Below the pieces are notes generated by a model. That model saw nothing but the letters and a program-made list of their open reading frames with translations. It did no database searches and was not told the DNA's origin. A program made the translations under genes and the position numbers. Positions 46,221-55,990 of a DNA stretch of 64,000 nt are shown piece after piece. This DNA is from Bacteroidales bacterium. Lineage in GTDB: Bacteria > Bacteroidota > Bacteroidia > Bacteroidales > WCHB1-69. Location of the stretch: contig JAZSKB010000038.1 in the NCBI GenBank assembly GCA_045534635.1, positions 7,778 to 71,777 on the forward strand, in the 5' to 3' direction. Within the stretch, counting starts at the first letter, position 1, and each line of letters begins with the position of its first letter.

Positions 46221-46784
46221 ATGAAAATATATACCAAAACCGGTGATACAGGAGAAACCTCTCTTATTGATAACGTTAGAGTTCCAAAAGATGATATTCG
46301 TGTGGAAGCATACGGAACTGTTGACGAACTCAATGCTCATATTGCATTAATTTCAACGCTTACAAGTGATAATAATTGCAAACAAATTTTACTTGATATT
46401 GAAAAAACATTGTTTGTTGTCCAAACTCATTTGGCTATAAACGACAAAAACAATTGCAATATCCCTATCGTTGATATTAACGAAATTAAACCACAAAATT
46501 TAGAATCTGCTATTGATGAAATGCAAGCGATTTTGCCTAAAAATCATTCTTTTATATTGCTTAGTGCTAATGAAATTGCTGCCCAATGCCATATCGCAAG
46601 AACAATTTGCCGACGTTGCGAAAGAAGACTTGTTTCGCTTAATAGACAAAAAAACGTTGATAGCATTATCATGTGTTATATCAATCGATTATCCGATTTT
46701 CTTTTTATTTTGGCTCGCTATTTCACTTTTGTTAACAATAACAACGAATCTGAACTTTCTCTTAGAAAAAACAACAAACAATAA
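46221..46784 (+). CDS. PduO-type ATP:cob(I)alamin adenosyltransferase.
   Basis: MKIYTKTGDTGETSL is the N-terminal signature of the family. Confidence 0.85.
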   Translation: MKIYTKTGDTGETSLIDNVRVPKDDIRVEAYGTVDELNAHIALISTLTSDNNCKQILLDIEKTLFVVQTHLAINDKNNCNIPIVDINEIKPQNLESAIDEMQAILPKNHSFILLSANEIAAQCHIARTICRRCERRLVSLNRQKNVDSIIMCYINRLSDFLFILARYFTFVNNNNESELSLRKNNKQ

Positions 46785-46975
46785 TGCAAGTTTTGTTGTA
46801 AATACAATTTTTTTAAAACATTTCTTTTTCTATTTTGTTTTTAAAACATTAAAAAACAACAAATTAATAAATTATTTAATTTGTTATTTTGTATTTTTCT
46901 TCACTTTTTTTCAAAAATCAACAACTTTGGCACGGAATTTGCTATGTAAAAAATAGTAACTAAAAAATTTATATT

Positions 46976-49864
46976 ATGAACACTTTAAAAAAATATTTTT
47001 TCGGTATTTCATTAGTCGTTTTTGCCCTAACAAATACGCTGGCCCAAAACATGTCTAACTACATTACACTCAACGTAAAAGCAAACGAAGATGTAGGTTT
47101 TGAAATTTTGGGAGATAGTCCAAACGATTCCGCCAGAGTTGTTTGCGGTAAAATGGACACCTCTTTTCTTCTTTCATCAAATATATTTGTTGATATAACT
47201 TTTACTACACAAGATAGCATACTTACCATTTACGGAAACGTAAGAGTTTTTTCTTGTTCTTTTAATGATTATATTAGAAGCATTGACTTTTCTAATAATC
47301 CTAATTTAAAAGAAATTTCTTGTGACTATTTAGATTCGCTTACATCTTTGAATGTTAGCAACAATCCTGCAATAACTCATTTATCGTGTACAAACTGCCC
47401 AAAACTAACAGTTTTAGATATTAGTAGTTGCTCAAACTTAACATACTTGAATTGCAATAATAACAATTTAACTTCTTTAACTTTTCCTAAAAGTTCGTCA
47501 ATTTTTGAGTTATCTTGTTTTGATAATAAATTGACTTCTTTAAATCTTACAAATTGTACTTCTTTAGTATCTATTAATTGTTCCAACAATTTACTAACAT
47601 CTCTTGATGTTAGCAACAATCCTCAATTAAGAGATATATCCTGCGACAACAACAATTTAACATCTTTACATATTCACAATAATTATTATTTACAAACAAT
47701 TAATTGTTCTGGTAATTCATTTACTACACAAGCATTTGACGATTTGATGTGTTCTTTACCAGCAACTAATGGAGTCTTATATCCTCTTTACAACCAAAAT
47801 GATAAAAATTATGCCGAATTTATGGCAAGTAATGCAAAAAATGCAAATGCAAAACATTGGTCTGTAGAATATTATGAGAATAATTCTTCTATTATTGATA
47901 GTACAACTGGAAATTTTGTTTGTAACAATACATATTTTGTTGATACGAATTACCGCATCACATTATATCATAAAACCAATAAGAATTTACAATTTATGCT
48001 TTCCTCAAACAAACTTGACAATATGGCAAGAATTGTTAATGGTAATTTAGACACATTGGTTTTTTTAGGAACATATCTTTATTATGGACTCAATGTTGAA
48101 GAGGCGGTTACTACCATTTACGGAAATATCAATGGTTTTGAATGTAATAACAATGATATTGATTCTATTGATATTACTAAAAATACATTATTAGAATATT
48201 TATTTTGCCGAAACAATAATTTATCCTCATTAGATGTAAGTAAACATACAAAGTTAATAGAATTGGACTGCGGTGAAAATAATTTAACAAATTTAGATGT
48301 TACTAAAAATACAATGTTACGTTCTTTGATGTGTAACGATTGTAAACTTACCTCCTTGAATATTACTGCTTGTTCTGCATTAATATCTTTAGTTTGTTCT
48401 AACAATCAATTATCTGATTTAGACCTAACTAAAAATACAGCATTAGAAGTATTGTTTTGCGATAGAAATAAATTAACTTCATTAAATATTAGTACTTGTA
48501 TTGCATTGAGATACTTGTATTGTAATGACAATCTCCTTACTGAACTTGACCTAAGTAATTGTACAATGTTAAGAGATTTATCTTGTCAAAATAATGAATT
48601 AACAACATTAAACGTTAACAAATGTCATGATTTAAGCGAATTACATTGTAACAACAATAAATTAACATCTTTAGATTTAAGTACAAATGGAATAGGCTAT
48701 GCATCTATTTACAATAATCCATTCACAACAGATGTTTTCAACGATATAATGTGTTCTTTACCTTCAGTAAGTTGGGGCACTCTTTATGTTCTTGAAAACG
48801 ATAAGGACACAAATGCTTCCATATTCGAGGCTTCTAATGGTAATATAGCAATAGACAAAGGTTATTCTCTTCGCTATGCTGAAACTTCAAATGATATTCC
48901 TGCGACAAATGGTACTTTTACTTGTACTCCATTAATATTAGATAGTAGCGAATACATTACACTAAATATCCGAAAAGGAGAAAATGTTAATTTTTATTTT
49001 GCTTCCCCAATAAACAATACTCCTATTAAAATTAAAAATGGAAACGATATATCTTATTTAGTTAGCGGAGCAAACGGTAACTCTTATTCTTCTACAATGG
49101 ATTCTGATACATTAATCATTTATGGAAATATACATTCTTTTGAATGTAATTATAATCTTGCTCTCTCCAATGTTGATATTAGTACTGCTCCTTCTTTAAT
49201 AGAACTTAGATTATATTTCACTAATTTAACTTCATTGGATATAAGTAAAAACATTGCTCTAACAAAATTAAACATTGAAGGCAATAAATTAACTTCATTA
49301 GACGTAAGCAATAATACAGCATTACGAGAATTAAATTGTACAAATAATCAGTTAACAAAATTGGAATTAAAAAATAACACTAATTTAAAAGAAGTTTCTT
49401 GTTTTGAAAATGCTTTCACTACCCAAGCCTTTGATGATATAATGTGTTCTTTACCAAAAGTAAATGGACAAGGTATATTTATTCCATTATTTTCTACAAA
49501 TGATAAAAATACCGCTGCATTTATGGCAAGTAATTCCGCTAATGCAATAGCAAAAAATTGGCAAATAACTTATGCCAGAGGTGAAGAAATTCCAGCAACA
49601 AATGGTTCTTATTCTTGTAGTGGAGGTAATGCTATTACAGAAACACCAAATTCATCAATAGTGTTGTATCCTAATCCGACTAAAACAATGCTAAATATTG
49701 AAAACGTAACAGGAAATGTACAAATTTTCGATATTACCGGTCGTGTGGTAATGAGTGCAACCAATAATGGAGAAACATTGTTACAAATCAATGTGTCTAA
49801 TTTATTTAAAGGTATGTATTTTGTAAAAATAGGGAATCATACTACAAAATTTATTAAAGAGTAA
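46976..49864 (+). CDS. Three-module leucine-rich-repeat surface protein with a T9SS CTD.
   Basis: Signal peptide. Three repeats of [YITLNV...TIYGN head + runs of ~23-aa LRRs (NxLTSLDVSxNxxL) + cap FTTQAFDDxMCSLP...AKNW]. The CTD is LYPNPTKTMLNIENVTGNVQIFDITGR...FVKIGNHTTKFIKE. Confidence 0.85.
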   Translation: MNTLKKYFFGISLVVFALTNTLAQNMSNYITLNVKANEDVGFEILGDSPNDSARVVCGKMDTSFLLSSNIFVDITFTTQDSILTIYGNVRVFSCSFNDYIRSIDFSNNPNLKEISCDYLDSLTSLNVSNNPAITHLSCTNCPKLTVLDISSCSNLTYLNCNNNNLTSLTFPKSSSIFELSCFDNKLTSLNLTNCTSLVSINCSNNLLTSLDVSNNPQLRDISCDNNNLTSLHIHNNYYLQTINCSGNSFTTQAFDDLMCSLPATNGVLYPLYNQNDKNYAEFMASNAKNANAKHWSVEYYENNSSIIDSTTGNFVCNNTYFVDTNYRITLYHKTNKNLQFMLSSNKLDNMARIVNGNLDTLVFLGTYLYYGLNVEEAVTTIYGNINGFECNNNDIDSIDITKNTLLEYLFCRNNNLSSLDVSKHTKLIELDCGENNLTNLDVTKNTMLRSLMCNDCKLTSLNITACSALISLVCSNNQLSDLDLTKNTALEVLFCDRNKLTSLNISTCIALRYLYCNDNLLTELDLSNCTMLRDLSCQNNELTTLNVNKCHDLSELHCNNNKLTSLDLSTNGIGYASIYNNPFTTDVFNDIMCSLPSVSWGTLYVLENDKDTNASIFEASNGNIAIDKGYSLRYAETSNDIPATNGTFTCTPLILDSSEYITLNIRKGENVNFYFASPINNTPIKIKNGNDISYLVSGANGNSYSSTMDSDTLIIYGNIHSFECNYNLALSNVDISTAPSLIELRLYFTNLTSLDISKNIALTKLNIEGNKLTSLDVSNNTALRELNCTNNQLTKLELKNNTNLKEVSCFENAFTTQAFDDIMCSLPKVNGQGIFIPLFSTNDKNTAAFMASNSANAIAKNWQITYARGEEIPATNGSYSCSGGNAITETPNSSIVLYPNPTKTMLNIENVTGNVQIFDITGRVVMSATNNGETLLQINVSNLFKGMYFVKIGNHTTKFIKE

Positions 49865-49903
49865 TCTTATATTTTTTTTTCATGTTTCTTTCACAAATTT
49901 TTT

Positions 49904-49929
49904 GACCCGCAGGGCTGCGGGTCTTTTTT
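49904..49929 (+). terminator. Rho-independent terminator.
   Basis: GACCCGCAGGGCTGCGGGTC hairpin followed by TTTTTT. Confidence 0.75.
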
Positions 49930-50096
49930 ATTTTTAGAAAAATGCTATGTTATATTTCCCTATTGTATCAAAATACACTTGTTGAAAAAATAAAGAATTA
50001 AGCAAAATCAATATTTTCAATAGGTCTATTAAAGAAAATATTAAAATAGAAAAGATATTTTTTTCTTGTTTTTTTTGTTTTAAGTAAAAAAAATGT

Positions 50097-50104
50097 TAAT
50101 TTTG
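50097..50104 (+). promoter_or_regulatory. -7 box TAATTTTG for ricT.
   Basis: It overlaps the ATG at 50093 used by the ORF track. This argues for the start at 50126 (MDKTKQ). Confidence 0.45.
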
Positions 50105-50125
50105 CAAGTTATTAACATAAAGATA

Positions 50126-51304
50126 ATGGATAAAACAAAGCAAATAGAGAAGACAAATTTTTTAAACGAAAATATAGATTTAGAAGAAGATATAAACATC
50201 TCGTGTGCTCATAGTTACGAAGCAGATGCAATAGCCGCCAATAAATTCCTTAGTAGAGGATTGTCGGCACCTCCAAAAGCAGAAGGTTCTAACAATACAC
50301 TTTTTAGTCATAATTGTTGCAAATTAGGCACATACAATTGGATGAAAGATGTAGAAGTATTGGATTCCGAACAAATCTATGCTGAAGTACAATTCAAAAA
50401 TAGTCATAAAGATTTTTTTGTTTTGCCTTCTGAAGAACCATTTGAAGAAGGAGATATTGTTGTGACAGAAGCAACAACTGGCTTTGATATTGGAATAATT
50501 TCACTTTTGGGCAAAGCGGTTCTTTTACAAATGAAAAACAAAAAAGTAAAAGAAGTTAGCAAAAAAATATACAGAAGAGCCAAAGCCGCTGATATAGAAA
50601 AATGGGTGTCTGTTGTTAATAAAGAAGACGATACCATGATGAAATCTCGCTATATTGCTTGGGACATCAATTTAGATATGAAAATAAATGATGTTGAATA
50701 TCAAGGAGATGGAACAAAAGCAGTTTTTTATTATTCGTCAGAAGATAGGGTTGATTTTCGAGAATTGATAAAAATATTGGCAGAAAAATTTCATATTCGT
50801 ATAGAAATGCGTCAAATAGGAGTACGACAAGAAGCAGCCCGTTTGGGCGGTTTAGGTTGTTGTGGAAGAGAAATCTGTTGTGCCTCATGGTTGAACAATT
50901 TCCAAACAGTATCAACAAGTACAGCGAGAACACAACAATTGTCGCTCAATCCTCAAAAATTGGCAGGACAATGTGGAAAATTGAAATGTTGTTTAAATTT
51001 TGAAAACGAAGCATACCAAGAAGAATTGAAATTGTTTCCCGATATTCATACACAAATAAAAACAGAAAAAGGAGATGCATATTGTCATAAAATAGACATA
51101 TTTAAAAAATTGATGTGGTATTCTTATAAACAAGATTCTTCGCATATGTCGTATGCAATATCAACCGAAAAAGTAAAAGAAATCATTCAAATAAACAAAC
51201 AAAATAAATTAATATCTGCTTTGGAAGAATATGCAGCAATCAATCAAGGAAAAAATGAAGAAAATTCATATAATATAGAGGATTTAAAATCAATAAATGA
51301 TTAA
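50126..51304 (+). CDS. ricT: PSP1-domain protein (RicT/YaaT-like).
   Basis: VEYQGDGTKAVFYYSSEDRVDFRELIKILAEKFHIRIEMRQIGVRQEA and the Cys cluster GCCGREICC. Confidence 0.8.
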   Translation: MDKTKQIEKTNFLNENIDLEEDINISCAHSYEADAIAANKFLSRGLSAPPKAEGSNNTLFSHNCCKLGTYNWMKDVEVLDSEQIYAEVQFKNSHKDFFVLPSEEPFEEGDIVVTEATTGFDIGIISLLGKAVLLQMKNKKVKEVSKKIYRRAKAADIEKWVSVVNKEDDTMMKSRYIAWDINLDMKINDVEYQGDGTKAVFYYSSEDRVDFRELIKILAEKFHIRIEMRQIGVRQEAARLGGLGCCGREICCASWLNNFQTVSTSTARTQQLSLNPQKLAGQCGKLKCCLNFENEAYQEELKLFPDIHTQIKTEKGDAYCHKIDIFKKLMWYSYKQDSSHMSYAISTEKVKEIIQINKQNKLISALEEYAAINQGKNEENSYNIEDLKSIND

Positions 51305-51307
51305 AAT

Positions 51308-51805
51308 ATGAAAAGGATAATATATATTGTTTTCATTTTTTTAGGCATAATAAATATTTCCTGTCATTCGGAAGTAAATTATGTGATGAGAGAAAATCAA
51401 GATATTCCTAATATGCAATGGATATTTTCGGAAAAACCTTCGTTTAATATAGATATTCAAGACACAACCGAAAATTACATTTTAGGATTTTGTATCAGAT
51501 ACAACAATGATTATCCAGATGCGAATATTTATTTATTTGTACATACCCAATTTCCAGAAGGAGAAAAATCAATAGACACTTTATCCATAGATTTGTTCTA
51601 TCCCGATGGGAGTCCAACAGGAAGTGGAAAATATATAAAAGAATTGAATGTAAATGTAAGTCAAGTTCGATTTCCACAAATTGGTAGATACATTTTAGAT
51701 ATAGAACAAGCCAGTCGGCGAGACACTTTACAAGGTATTGCCGCAGTAGGTGTATATTTATTGTCTGATTCAAAAAATGAAGGTTATGGCAAAGAAGAAA
51801 AATAA
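51308..51805 (+). CDS. gldH: Gliding-motility/T9SS-associated lipoprotein GldH (tentative).
   Basis: Lipobox GIINISC, about 165 aa. The position between PSP1/ricT and PBP1A is recalled as the conserved Bacteroidota arrangement. Confidence 0.5.
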   Translation: MKRIIYIVFIFLGIINISCHSEVNYVMRENQDIPNMQWIFSEKPSFNIDIQDTTENYILGFCIRYNNDYPDANIYLFVHTQFPEGEKSIDTLSIDLFYPDGSPTGSGKYIKELNVNVSQVRFPQIGRYILDIEQASRRDTLQGIAAVGVYLLSDSKNEGYGKEEK

Positions 51806-54032
51806 ATTATCGTTTGTAAAAACATTATGGATACTTTTTGGTTGTTTTTGGGGTATCATAGTTGTTTTTTTTACATTAATATCTTTGGGTTGGTTGGGTT
51901 TTATGCCATCATTTGAGGAATTAGAAAATCCTCGTACCAATTTAGCAACCGAAATTATTTCTGAAGATGGATATGTTTTAGGAAAATATTATGTAGAAAA
52001 TCGTTCGAGTATTCCATACAATCAACTGTCTCCCAATTTAACAAATGCCTTGATAGCCACAGAAGATATTCGCTTTTACAAACATTCTGGCATAGATTTA
52101 AGAGCATTGTTTCGTGTGGCAAGCGGAGTATTGTTAGGAGGAAATCGAGGAGGAGGAAGCACAATAAGTCAACAATTAGCAAAAAATCTTTTCCCAAGAG
52201 AAAGCGACCGAAATATTTTTGAAGTTTCTTTTGCAAAATTTAAAGAATGGATTGTTGCCGTAAAATTAGAAAAAGCATATTCTAAAGAAGAAATTATTGC
52301 AATGTATTTTAATACTGTAGATTTTGGAAATCTTTCTCATGGTATAAATTCTGCAGCAAAAACATATTTCGACAAAACACCTTTGGAATTAACAACAGAA
52401 GAAAGTGCTTTGTTAGTAGGTATGTTGAAAGCACCATCAAAATATAATCCTCGAAGAAATCCAGATTTGGCACTCAAAAGAAGAAATACAGTGTTGAATC
52501 AAATGTATAAATACGATTACCTTACAAAAGAAGAATACGATTCTTTAAAAAATATCCCTATTGATATGTCTCGATTTAGATTACAAGACCACAAAGCTGG
52601 AATTGCAACCTATTTTAGAGAATATCTTCGTCAAGAACTTACTCAATGGATTAAAGAAAATCCAAAACCAGACGGAAGCAAATGGAATATTTATAAAGAT
52701 GGTTTAAAAATATATACTACCATCAATTATAAAATGCAAAAATATGCAGAAGAAGCTGTTTATGAATGGATTTGTAAAGAATTACAACCTCGTTTTTTCA
52801 GAGAAATGAGAAATAACAAAAATGCTCCATTTGTTAATTTATCGAAAGAACAAACCGAAAATATTATGCGTAGGGCAATGAAAAACTCAGAAAGATATAA
52901 AACTTTAAAAGATGATGGTTTTTCAGAGTCGGAAATTCAAAAAATATTCAATGAACCTGTAAGAATGTGGATACATTCTTGGGAAGGAGAAAAAGATACC
53001 ATAATGTCTCCTATGGATTCTTTACGTTATATGAAATCATTTCTCAATTGTGGTTTTATGGCAATGGAACCTCATACTGGACATGTTAAAGCCTATGTAG
53101 GTGGAACTGATTATCAATATTTTCAATACGACCATGTAACCAAAGCACAACGACAAGTTGGTTCTACTTTTAAACCATTTGTATATACTATAGCCATGCA
53201 AGAAGGTGAATATTATCCATGTTCTATGGTTCCTAACTTACCTGTAACCATAGAAACTCCGGGTAGCGAACCTTGGACACCTAAAAATTCAAGTGATTAC
53301 AAAGTAGGACAAATGATAACACTCAGCGAAGCATTGGCTCAATCATTAAATAACATTTCGGCATATCTTATGAAAAGATACGGTCCTTCTGCGGTAGTAC
53401 ACATGGTTCGTAAAATGGGTATGACAAGCGATATTCCAGAAGTCCCCGCTATTTGTTTGGGTGCATGCGAACTTACTCTTTATGAGATGGTTGGTGCTAT
53501 CAACACATTCAACAATAAAGGAATATATGTCAAACCAATATTTATTACCAAAATATGCAACAATAAAGGCAATGTTTTGGCAACATTTAATACAACACAA
53601 GAGGAAGTTATGGACGAATTTTCTGCATACAAAACTGTTCGTTTGATGCAAGGTGTTGTCAATTCAGGTACTGCTATTCGTTTAAATTATCGCTACAAAC
53701 TTAATATGCCTATGGCTGGGAAAACAGGAACAACCGACAACAATTCAGATGGTTGGTTTATGGGATATACGCCAATGTTAACCGCTGGTGCTTGGGTTGG
53801 TTGTGAAGATAGAGCCGCTCATTTTAGAGCAACTGCCGAAGGACAAGGAGCAAATTCGGCTTTGCCTGTTTGGGCTTTATTCATGAAAAAATGTTATGAA
53901 GATGCAAGTTTGAATTTAGAAAAAATTGATTTTCAAATGCCTGAAGGTGAAAATGTTGACCCGACATTATTTAATTGCAAAGAAATCAATAATGCTATCA
54001 ATGCTTCTCAACAACAATTCAATTTTGAATAA
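51786..54032 (+). CDS. mrcA: Class A penicillin-binding protein (PBP1A: glycosyltransferase + transpeptidase).
   Basis: GT51 motifs EDIRFYKHSGID and RGGSTISQQLAKN. TPase motifs STFKP, SLN and KTGTT. The start at MAKKKNK (51786) overlaps gldH by 20 nt. Confidence 0.9.
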   Translation: MAKKKNKLSFVKTLWILFGCFWGIIVVFFTLISLGWLGFMPSFEELENPRTNLATEIISEDGYVLGKYYVENRSSIPYNQLSPNLTNALIATEDIRFYKHSGIDLRALFRVASGVLLGGNRGGGSTISQQLAKNLFPRESDRNIFEVSFAKFKEWIVAVKLEKAYSKEEIIAMYFNTVDFGNLSHGINSAAKTYFDKTPLELTTEESALLVGMLKAPSKYNPRRNPDLALKRRNTVLNQMYKYDYLTKEEYDSLKNIPIDMSRFRLQDHKAGIATYFREYLRQELTQWIKENPKPDGSKWNIYKDGLKIYTTINYKMQKYAEEAVYEWICKELQPRFFREMRNNKNAPFVNLSKEQTENIMRRAMKNSERYKTLKDDGFSESEIQKIFNEPVRMWIHSWEGEKDTIMSPMDSLRYMKSFLNCGFMAMEPHTGHVKAYVGGTDYQYFQYDHVTKAQRQVGSTFKPFVYTIAMQEGEYYPCSMVPNLPVTIETPGSEPWTPKNSSDYKVGQMITLSEALAQSLNNISAYLMKRYGPSAVVHMVRKMGMTSDIPEVPAICLGACELTLYEMVGAINTFNNKGIYVKPIFITKICNNKGNVLATFNTTQEEVMDEFSAYKTVRLMQGVVNSGTAIRLNYRYKLNMPMAGKTGTTDNNSDGWFMGYTPMLTAGAWVGCEDRAAHFRATAEGQGANSALPVWALFMKKCYEDASLNLEKIDFQMPEGENVDPTLFNCKEINNAINASQQQFNFE

Positions 54033-55150
54033 TGGATAGAAATACAGACATTTTCTACACTATTGCACTTTTGCAAATACCGATGGTCGGTTGTATTACT
54101 TTTCATCGTCTTGTGGAGGCTTTAGGTAATGCCGAAAATGTACTGAATGCTTCAAAAAAAACATTGCTCGAAATTGAACATATCAACAAATCTGTTGTTA
54201 ATCAAATATTTGAAAACAAATCTATTGCATTGCAATCGGCTGAAAATGAGGTTCATTTTTTACAAAAAAATAATATTACAACATTATTAATTAGTGACAA
54301 AAATTATCCTAAACGATTGAAAGAATGTGTAGATGCTCCGCCAATTTTGTTTGCTCGTGGCAATTTCGACAGTAATGCAAAAAAATGTATCGCCATTGTT
54401 GGAACACGACATTGCACTTCGTATGGTGCCAAAATGACAAAAAAAATAATCGAAGAATTAGCACAATATAATGTAATGGTTATTAGCGGATTAGCCGCTG
54501 GAATTGATACTATTGCTCATCAAACAGCTCTCGAACAAGGGTTAACAACTATTGGTATCTTGGGACATGGTTTAAAATATATATATCCTGTAAATAATCG
54601 ACGATTAGCCAAAACAATGATTGAAAATGGTGGTGTTGTTACCGAATATTTTAGCAATACTCCTGGAGATGTTGGCAATTTTCCTCGTCGTAATCGGATT
54701 ATTGCTGGAATGAGCGATGCTATTCTTGTGGTAGAATCTCGAATTAGAGGCGGTGCTTTGATTACTGCAGATTTAGGTTTTTCTTACGACAGAGATGTTT
54801 TTGCTGTTCCCGGACGGGCTTCCGATATTGCTTCTGAAGGCTGTAACAAACTTATTTTTCAAAATAAAGCCGCTTTAGTTACTTCTGGTGAAGATATTGC
54901 CAAATTGTTGAATTGGACAGGGAAAACTAAAACAAATAAAAAAAATGAATTAAATTCTTCTTTATTGCAAAATCTTAATAAAGAAGAGCTTATGATAATC
55001 AATATTTTAAAAGAAAAAACAGAATTAAATATCGATGAATTATCCTTGGCAACCAATCTAAATATGTTAACATTGACAAATACATTATTATCGTTAGAAT
55101 TTAAAGGCTGTATAGAGTGTTTGCCCGGAAAACGTTATCACTTAATATAA
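54032..55150 (+). CDS. dprA: DNA-processing protein DprA/Smf.
   Basis: GTRHCTSYG, SGLAAGIDTIAHQ and FPRRNRIIAG...GGALITA motifs. There is a TAATG overlap with the PBP1A stop. Confidence 0.9.
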   Translation: MDRNTDIFYTIALLQIPMVGCITFHRLVEALGNAENVLNASKKTLLEIEHINKSVVNQIFENKSIALQSAENEVHFLQKNNITTLLISDKNYPKRLKECVDAPPILFARGNFDSNAKKCIAIVGTRHCTSYGAKMTKKIIEELAQYNVMVISGLAAGIDTIAHQTALEQGLTTIGILGHGLKYIYPVNNRRLAKTMIENGGVVTEYFSNTPGDVGNFPRRNRIIAGMSDAILVVESRIRGGALITADLGFSYDRDVFAVPGRASDIASEGCNKLIFQNKAALVTSGEDIAKLLNWTGKTKTNKKNELNSSLLQNLNKEELMIINILKEKTELNIDELSLATNLNMLTLTNTLLSLEFKGCIECLPGKRYHLI

Positions 55151-55156
55151 TAAAAA

Positions 55157-55603
55157 ATGGAAACAAAATATTTGAATAAGGTAAAATTTTATGTAATTCA
55201 GTTATTTACAACAACATTTGCAATTATTTTTGCCGCATGGCTGTTACAAAAAGGCATTCATATTGAAAGTCCTAAATTAATAACAGGAATTGTTGTTGCA
55301 GTTGTGCTTTTATTGGTTAATATGTTTGTTCGTCCAATTTTAATTATGTTAACCGTTCCGATAACAATAAGCACTTTTGGAATTTTCTTGTTGGTTATCA
55401 ACGCATTGACAATTATGATAGTTGATTTTTTTGTAGAAAAATTTATTGTAGATAGTTTTGGTTGGGCATTATTGTTTAGTCTTATTGTTTCTGCAACAAC
55501 ATCAATTATGGAAACAATTTCCAAAACAAAAATAATCCGTATTCATCGCGACAATAATACCAAAGACGATGATAATGGATTTTCCGATTATGAAGAAATT
55601 TAA
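55157..55603 (+). CDS. Small 4-TM membrane protein (phage-holin-IV/DUF360-like).
   Basis: Four hydrophobic helices and an acidic tail. The family call is from general resemblance only. Confidence 0.5.
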   Translation: METKYLNKVKFYVIQLFTTTFAIIFAAWLLQKGIHIESPKLITGIVVAVVLLLVNMFVRPILIMLTVPITISTFGIFLLVINALTIMIVDFFVEKFIVDSFGWALLFSLIVSATTSIMETISKTKIIRIHRDNNTKDDDNGFSDYEEI

Positions 55604-55723
55604 TTATTGAAAAAGAAATAATTATTGTTCTGCTATATTTATAATCAGCCAAATAAATTAGTTATTCTTGGTAATTCTCATTCATACAAGTTCCATTTGT
55701 AATGCGAAAAAAAATATCATTGC

Positions 55724-55755
55724 AAAAAACAATCCCCGCAAGGCTGCGAGGATTG
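55724..55755 (-). terminator. Rho-independent terminator of the C10 protease gene.
   Basis: CAATCCCCGCAAGGCTGCGAGGATTG hairpin. On the minus strand it is followed by a T-run (plus-strand AAAAAA at 55724-55729). Confidence 0.7.
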
Positions 55756-55990
55756 AAATATTTATATATTAAATTAAAAAAAATGCGTTTTCAATTATTC
55801 TTTCACAAACTTGGTTGTATAGTTGCCTATTTTTACTAAATACAAACCATTTGCTAAATTAGCAACATTGATTTGCAACAAGTTTGTTTCTTTATTTTCT
55901 ACATTGATAAGCAAACGACCACTAATATCGAATATTTGAACGTTTTCTGTAGCATTTTCGATAGTAAGCATTGTTTTCGCTGGGTTTGGA
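55724..55990. repeat. 267-bp near-identical repeat, copy A (terminator + 3' UTR + T9SS CTD coding region of the C10 protease).
   Basis: It aligns without gaps to 58098-58364, with about 12-13 mismatches by eye. Confidence 0.85.

Noticed and set aside
46858-46885. AT-only palindrome AACAAATTAA-N8-TTAATTTGTT downstream of the adenosyltransferase gene, considered as a terminator.
   Set aside because: The stem is 10 bp with a single G-C pair (nine A-T pairs) and would be very weak. I cannot tell it apart from a chance palindrome in AT-rich DNA.
46513-46956. 147-aa plus-strand ORF overlapping the 3' half of the adenosyltransferase gene and the downstream spacer.
   Set aside because: It is in an alternate frame of a well-supported gene and continues through an AT-rich spacer. 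The hydrophobic low-complexity product is most likely spurious.
47300-49400. Regular ~69-bp periodicity that could be mistaken for a CRISPR-like or tandem-repeat array. The same pattern occurs at 58650-59850.
   Set aside because: The periodicity is the in-frame 23-aa leucine-rich repeat of long ORFs. The repeats are imperfect and contiguous, with no spacer/repeat alternation and no cas genes.
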